DNA from: an uncultured Candidatus Saccharibacteria bacterium
Lineage (GTDB): Bacteria; Patescibacteriota; Minisyncoccia; Minisyncoccales; CAYJUL01
Reading direction: 5' to 3'
Assembly: GCA_964401295.1 (NCBI GenBank)
Contig: CAYNXX010000001.1
Coordinates: forward strand, 137,076 to 201,075
Length of the DNA: 64,000 nt
The notes beneath the pieces are model-generated. The model was given only the letters and a program-made list of their open reading frames with translations. It had not been told where the DNA came from and made no database searches. Both the position numbers and the translations under genes were made by a program. Within the stretch, counting starts at the first letter, position 1. Each line of letters opens with the position of its first letter. Shown one piece after another: positions 59,183-64,000 of the stretch.

Positions 59183-61159
59183 ATGAAAATTTTTAGCTTA
59201 GTTTCAAGATTTAAACCTGCTGGCGACCAGCCAGAAGCCATTTCCAAGCTTGTCGAAAATCTGACATCCGGAACAAAATACCAGATGCTTTTGGGCGTAA
59301 CCGGCAGTGGTAAAACTTTTACCATAGCCAACGTTATAGCAAAAACAAAACTTATGACCCTAATCATTGAACCCAATAAAACTCTAGCTGCGCAGATATA
59401 TGAGGAATTACTGGATTTTTTCCCGAAAGATAGAGTGCATTATTTTGTTTCTTATTATGATTACTATCAACCGGAGGCTTATATCCCGCATATGGATACA
59501 TATATAGAAAAAGACGCGAAAATCAATGATGCCATAGACCAACTGCGGCATGCCGCGACCTCCGATGTTCTCTCGGCGCCGAACACCATTATAGTCGCGT
59601 CTGTTTCGTGTATTTATGGCATCGGCGATCCGGAAACTTATAAAGGCGTAAGCTTGGATCTTAAAACTGGCGAAGCGATATCCCGACGCGAACTGATTTC
59701 GCGCTTAGTAGGCCTGCAGTATAGCCGCAACGACTATACGCCGGCGCGCAGCGAATTTCGGCTGCGCGGCGACACGGTTGAAATCTGGCTACCATACGGA
59801 ACGGAAAAAATAAGCGTGGTTTTCTTGGGCAATAAAATTTATGAAATAAAACGCCTGCCCCTTCCTTTCAAAAACCAAAATCCTAGAATGCAAAAACAAA
59901 ACTTACAAAAGATTAAAATTTTCCCTGCAAAACATTTCGTAACAAGGCAAGAAAAACTTGCTGTGGCCATTCAAAATATAAGAACCGAACTTGCCGAACG
60001 TATCAAAGAATTGAAAAATTCTGGTAAACTCCTTGAGGCCGAAAGGGTTACTCACCGGACCAATTACGACCTTGAGCTGCTTGAGGAATCCGGTTATTGC
60101 CCTGGAATAGAAAATTATTCCAGACATCTTTCTTTTAGAAAACCGGGCCGGCCTCCTTATACATTGATTGATTATTTTCCGAAAAATTTCCTGACCGTCA
60201 TTGATGAATCGCATGTGACAATTCCGCAGATCCAAGCCATGGCTAGCGGCGAACGCAAAAGAAAAGAAGCGCTGATTAATTTTGGTTTTCGCCTACCGTC
60301 CGCAATAGACAACAGGCCTCTTACCCTTCAGGAATTCGAAAAAAAGATCAGCCGGACTATCTACGTTTCTGCGACTCCGGGCGTATATGAATGGGGAAAG
60401 ACGGGCCAAGGCGGCATAATCCAGCAACTTATCAGGCCAACGGGCATTATTGATCCAGTGATAAAAATACGGCCGGCCAAAAACCAGATAAAAAATCTAC
60501 TGGACGAAATACGCGCCAGGACAGAAAAGAAAGAGAGAGTTCTTGTTTTAACCCTTACAAAACGCCTAGCCGAAGATATGGCCGAACATCTGGCGCGGGA
60601 GAAAATCAAGGTTCACTGGATGCATTCGGAAATAAAAACTCTTTTGCGTCCGGAAATTTTAACAGACCTGAGGAAAGGGAAAGTTGACGTTTTGGTCGGG
60701 GTAAATTTGTTGCGCGAAGGGTTGGATTTGCCCGAAGTCTCGTTGGTGGCGATTCTTGATGCCGACAAAGAGGGTTTTTTACGCAATGAAACGACTTTAA
60801 TCCAAGCCATGGGCAGAACCGCAAGACATATAGACGGATCGGTGATTTTATACGCTGACAAAATGACCTCTTCTATGGAAAGCGCGATAATAGAGGTTAA
60901 CCGCAGAAGGAAAATACAAAAAGCATACAACAAAACTCACAAAATCATTCCGAAGCCTATAATAAAAGAGGTTCGCAGCAAACAACTTCGCGATGAACGC
61001 GCCATAAAAACAGAATTCTGGCGCATTCAAGATATAAAATCTTTGGAAAGAGAAATTGCCGTCGCGGCAGGCAATCTTGATTTTGAGCGGGCGGCGCGCC
61101 TCCGCGATTTGATAAATAACTTTAAAAATGATAAACAGAAAAAATATGGCAATAACTAA
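59183..61159 (+). CDS. uvrB: Excinuclease ABC subunit B
   Basis: PAGDQP, GVTGSGKT, YYDYYQPEAY, DESH, C-terminal UVR motif. Confidence 0.97.
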   Translation: MKIFSLVSRFKPAGDQPEAISKLVENLTSGTKYQMLLGVTGSGKTFTIANVIAKTKLMTLIIEPNKTLAAQIYEELLDFFPKDRVHYFVSYYDYYQPEAYIPHMDTYIEKDAKINDAIDQLRHAATSDVLSAPNTIIVASVSCIYGIGDPETYKGVSLDLKTGEAISRRELISRLVGLQYSRNDYTPARSEFRLRGDTVEIWLPYGTEKISVVFLGNKIYEIKRLPLPFKNQNPRMQKQNLQKIKIFPAKHFVTRQEKLAVAIQNIRTELAERIKELKNSGKLLEAERVTHRTNYDLELLEESGYCPGIENYSRHLSFRKPGRPPYTLIDYFPKNFLTVIDESHVTIPQIQAMASGERKRKEALINFGFRLPSAIDNRPLTLQEFEKKISRTIYVSATPGVYEWGKTGQGGIIQQLIRPTGIIDPVIKIRPAKNQIKNLLDEIRARTEKKERVLVLTLTKRLAEDMAEHLAREKIKVHWMHSEIKTLLRPEILTDLRKGKVDVLVGVNLLREGLDLPEVSLVAILDADKEGFLRNETTLIQAMGRTARHIDGSVILYADKMTSSMESAIIEVNRRRKIQKAYNKTHKIIPKPIIKEVRSKQLRDERAIKTEFWRIQDIKSLEREIAVAAGNLDFERAARLRDLINNFKNDKQKKYGNN

Positions 61160-61406
61160 TTCCGCGAAAAAAGCTCTGCGCCGGTCATTGCGCAGGAAAG
61201 AAACTAACGCAGCGCATAAAAACAGGGTTAGAAAAATCACTAAGCAATTGCGCACACTCATCGCCCAACAAAAAAAAGAAGAGGCTAAAAAGCTTTTGCC
61301 TCAATTTTTTAGTTTGGTGGATAAAGCGGCCAAGGTCGGAGTTATAAAAAAGGGCGCGGCGGCGAGAAAGAAATCTAGAGTATCGGTTCTTCTGGCCAAA
61401 ATTTAG
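61146..61406 (+). CDS. rpsT: 30S ribosomal protein S20
   Basis: SAKKA.R, DKAAK.G, AARKKSR; start placed at MAITN. Confidence 0.93.
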   Translation: MAITNSAKKALRRSLRRKETNAAHKNRVRKITKQLRTLIAQQKKEEAKKLLPQFFSLVDKAAKVGVIKKGAAARKKSRVSVLLAKI

Positions 61407-62330
61407 CTATATTCCTGATATCAAAAAATCTATTGCCGTGGCCGGTTCGAGATCTCCATTTTTTATTTTTAGATCTGCTTCAAATAATTTATGGTAGAAT
61501 TTTTTCAATTCTTCCAATTGAAACCCTTGCGCCTGATCTATGATTTTACGAAGAACATAAGGATGAAGACTTGTTTCTTTCGCAATCCTTGGGCTGATTG
61601 TGCCACGTTCTTGTAAATCTTTAACTAGAATAAGATTTCTAAACTGAAAGGCGAGCATAGACAAAAGATAAGCTGCATTCTCTCCCCGCAAAATAAAATC
61701 ACGCAGGATTTCTATGGCCCTGCTTTTATTTTTCGTGCCTATAGCATCCAAGGCTTCGAATATGACGAACTGCGCGCTGGGCCAGCACAGCGAAACAACA
61801 TCTTTTAGCCCTATTTTCGCACCGTTGCCCCAAGCCGCTATTTTTTTAATCTCATTCTCCAGTAGCCACAAATCATTATAATTATTAGCCAAATAAGCAA
61901 GTGCCTGTGCATCTATTTGCGTTCCGTAGCGCTTGAACTCATTCGTAACAAATGCATAAACCGCGCTCTTGCTGGGCTGTTTAAACTCTTGTATCTTGGC
62001 GGTTTTTTTCAAGAATAAAAATAATTTATCTTTTTTGTTTGGATTTCCTTCTTCAAAAAAAACCGCGGAATCACGCAAAGACAACCACATGTCTTCATTT
62101 TGCAATGCGAAAGATTTAAAAACTGGGGCGCTTAGGGCATTTAAAAAAACAAACAGCCGTTTTTTATATAATAACGGTTGCTGGCTTAATTCCTCGTTGA
62201 GCGCTGCTACATTGTCATTCCGGCAATCAAAATTTTTGATTGCCGTATCTACTTGGGCATATTTATTGACGATCTCGCGCAGCTTCCTTTTCGCAAAATA
62301 AATATTGTCTCCATAAATGAAAAACAGCAT
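61407..62330 (-). CDS. holA: DNA polymerase III delta subunit
   Basis: FFIYG, NEIKK, HPY, AD..IK.G; next to rpsT. Confidence 0.85.
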   Translation of the reverse strand: MLFFIYGDNIYFAKRKLREIVNKYAQVDTAIKNFDCRNDNVAALNEELSQQPLLYKKRLFVFLNALSAPVFKSFALQNEDMWLSLRDSAVFFEEGNPNKKDKLFLFLKKTAKIQEFKQPSKSAVYAFVTNEFKRYGTQIDAQALAYLANNYNDLWLLENEIKKIAAWGNGAKIGLKDVVSLCWPSAQFVIFEALDAIGTKNKSRAIEILRDFILRGENAAYLLSMLAFQFRNLILVKDLQERGTISPRIAKETSLHPYVLRKIIDQAQGFQLEELKKFYHKLFEADLKIKNGDLEPATAIDFLISGI

Positions 62331-62334
62331 GATT

Positions 62335-62703
62335 CTATTTTAAAATGGATTTTATTTTTGCGATGATTTCGCTCGGAGTAAAGTTAGCTTTAACTAAATA
62401 ATCAACGGCTCCTAATTTTATCCCGTGCTCAATCTCGTCTTTTTGGCCCAAATTTGAAAGAATAATTACCGGCATAGAAGCTAAAAGGGGGTCTTCTTTA
62501 AATTTCGTTAATACTTCGAATCCGTCAAGTATCGGCAGAATTAAATCGAGTAAAACCGCATCGAACTTTTCTTCTTTGGCTTTTTTTAGACACTCTTCTC
62601 CGTCAACCGCTTCTATGATTTCAAAACCCTCTTTAAGTAATTTCTTTCCGATAAGTTCTCGTAAAAAACCGTCGTCCTCAACTAAAAGTATTTTTATGGG
62701 CAC
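62335..62703 (-). CDS. Single-domain response regulator
   Basis: VEDD, LLDLILP..DG, LSN, YLVK. Confidence 0.92.
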   Translation of the reverse strand: MPIKILLVEDDGFLRELIGKKLLKEGFEIIEAVDGEECLKKAKEEKFDAVLLDLILPILDGFEVLTKFKEDPLLASMPVIILSNLGQKDEIEHGIKLGAVDYLVKANFTPSEIIAKIKSILK

Positions 62704-62717
62704 ATTATTAGATTATT

Positions 62718-63089
62718 TTATTTGCCAATTGCCGTGGCCACCCTGTTTGCGATCTCATGCAGGCCAATTTCCGTTTTGACAAACCAATCTTTAACGCCTA
62801 GCTCCATAGCCTTATCCAAAATAGCCTGATCCACAGAATTAATTATTGCAATAATCGGTATCCGACGCAAGATCAAATCTTCAGATATCTCTTCCAAAAT
62901 AATAAATGCATCTATGCTTTTTAAATCAAGATCCAACAGCAACAAATCTGGTTTTATCTCATGGGCCAGAATCAATGCGTCTTTACCCTCTCCGCTAGTA
63001 AAAACATCGTATCCTACTTGCGACAATTTATTATTTAATAAGCTGCGGATTGTAATATCTTCCTCTATTATTAAAATCTTAAGCATCAT
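62718..63089 (-). CDS. Single-domain response regulator (divergent)
   Basis: IEED, LLDL, FVK. Confidence 0.8.
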   Translation of the reverse strand: MMLKILIIEEDITIRSLLNNKLSQVGYDVFTSGEGKDALILAHEIKPDLLLLDLDLKSIDAFIILEEISEDLILRRIPIIAIINSVDQAILDKAMELGVKDWFVKTEIGLHEIANRVATAIGK

Positions 63090-64000
63090 CTCTTATTTTT
63101 GGCAAGAAAAATTTAAAGGCCGAACCTTTATTTTCTTGAGAAGTAAACTGTATCCTACCACCGTGAGCTTCTATTATTTTTTTGGATATGTAAAGTCCTA
63201 AACCCGTGCCTTCAGTTTCCATAAGTAAAGCGTTTGACCCCCTGAAAAACCTCTCGAAAATCCTATCCTGTTCTTTCGACAATATACCTATGCCGGTATC
63301 TTTTACTTCGCACTCCACACCATTAATAGCGGGCTTTAAGGAAACCGTCACTTGTCCGCCTTTTGGTGTATAGCGCAATGCATTGTCAAGGATATTCGAA
63401 ATGGCAAGTTGTATTTTTTCGGCATCTATTTTTATTTTCGGCAAGGCTTCTTGCGGTTTGATAAGGCCTAATTTTATCCCCTTGCGTCTGGCCTCGTCTA
63501 CGAGAGAATCAATCGCCGACTCAACGATAGCGCTGATATCTGTAGTGGTCGGATTGTAAAGATATTCTCCACCCTCTATGCGCGTTATCTCCAATAAATC
63601 ATTTATCAGGCGAATCATTCGCTCGTTGCTCAAATATCCTTTCTGCAACCATTTAGTCTGCTCCCTGGTGACTGGACCAACATCTCCTTCTAAGATCATT
63701 TTAAAAATCCACTTAGTTGCTGAAAGCGGCGTTCTTAGCTGATGAGTAATAAGAGAAACGAATTCTGTTTTAGTCCTTTCACTTAATTTCTCATGACTTA
63801 CATCTTGTAAAATCAAAACCGATCCGACTCTTTTTTTTGTAAATCCTGACAAAACCTCGGTGATCTTAACCACCAGTTTTTCTTTTAGGGTTAGATCTGT
63901 ACCCTGTGGCTCAGGGTTCAATTCCAGCAGAGAAACCAGTTTATTGAATATATCCTTGCCCTCGATTTTTGCAATCGGCTTACCCACAAAATCTTTGGAT
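63079..64000 (-). CDS. Sensor histidine kinase, 5' end beyond the window
   Basis: HQLRTPL H-box, NILDNA, DTGIG, GTGLGL. Confidence 0.93.
   Translation of the reverse strand, partial: SKDFVGKPIAKIEGKDIFNKLVSLLELNPEPQGTDLTLKEKLVVKITEVLSGFTKKRVGSVLILQDVSHEKLSERTKTEFVSLITHQLRTPLSATKWIFKMILEGDVGPVTREQTKWLQKGYLSNERMIRLINDLLEITRIEGGEYLYNPTTTDISAIVESAIDSLVDEARRKGIKLGLIKPQEALPKIKIDAEKIQLAISNILDNALRYTPKGGQVTVSLKPAINGVECEVKDTGIGILSKEQDRIFERFFRGSNALLMETEGTGLGLYISKKIIEAHGGRIQFTSQENKGSAFKFFLPKIRDDA

Noticed and set aside
406-63201. Many short antisense or alternate-frame ORFs in the six-frame track
   Set aside because: They lie within well-supported genes and show no motifs; treated as shadow ORFs.

Overview
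This is a gene-dense bacterial chromosome segment. The gene set, very short intergenic spaces, alpha2-type GlyRS and RtcB/archease/Elp3 suggest a CPR/Patescibacteria (Parcubacteria-like) genome; the taxonomy is inference. Most of it is housekeeping: rel, parAB, tsaD, an amino-sugar cluster, five aminoacyl-tRNA synthetases, recO, smpB-tmRNA-infC-rpmI-rplT, polX, endoQ, murE, ruvA, uvrB, rpsT, holA and a two-component locus. The most unusual signal is a large serine recombinase (LSR) system at tRNA 3' ends. One 37-bp arm starting at GCACCA follows both tRNA-Leu(CAA) (3095) and tRNA-Arg(CCG) (46708, - strand). A third, inverted 73-bp copy sits just upstream of the LSR start codon, so the LSR gene lies between inverted repeats that offer two alternative C-termini. 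A shared distal end delimits a 0.74-kb mini-element and a 3.9-kb decaying island. The second highlight is a head-to-head Elp3 + Trm9-like pair (eukaryote/archaea-type mcm5U34 pathway) next to nif3-rtcB-archease. Also noted: a histidine-phosphatase domain inserted in IleRS, a split PutA + MeaB + Ald module, a candidate short 6S-like RNA, and heptamer-periodic in-frame insertions in core proteins. All calls were made by eye from motifs; no database searches were run.
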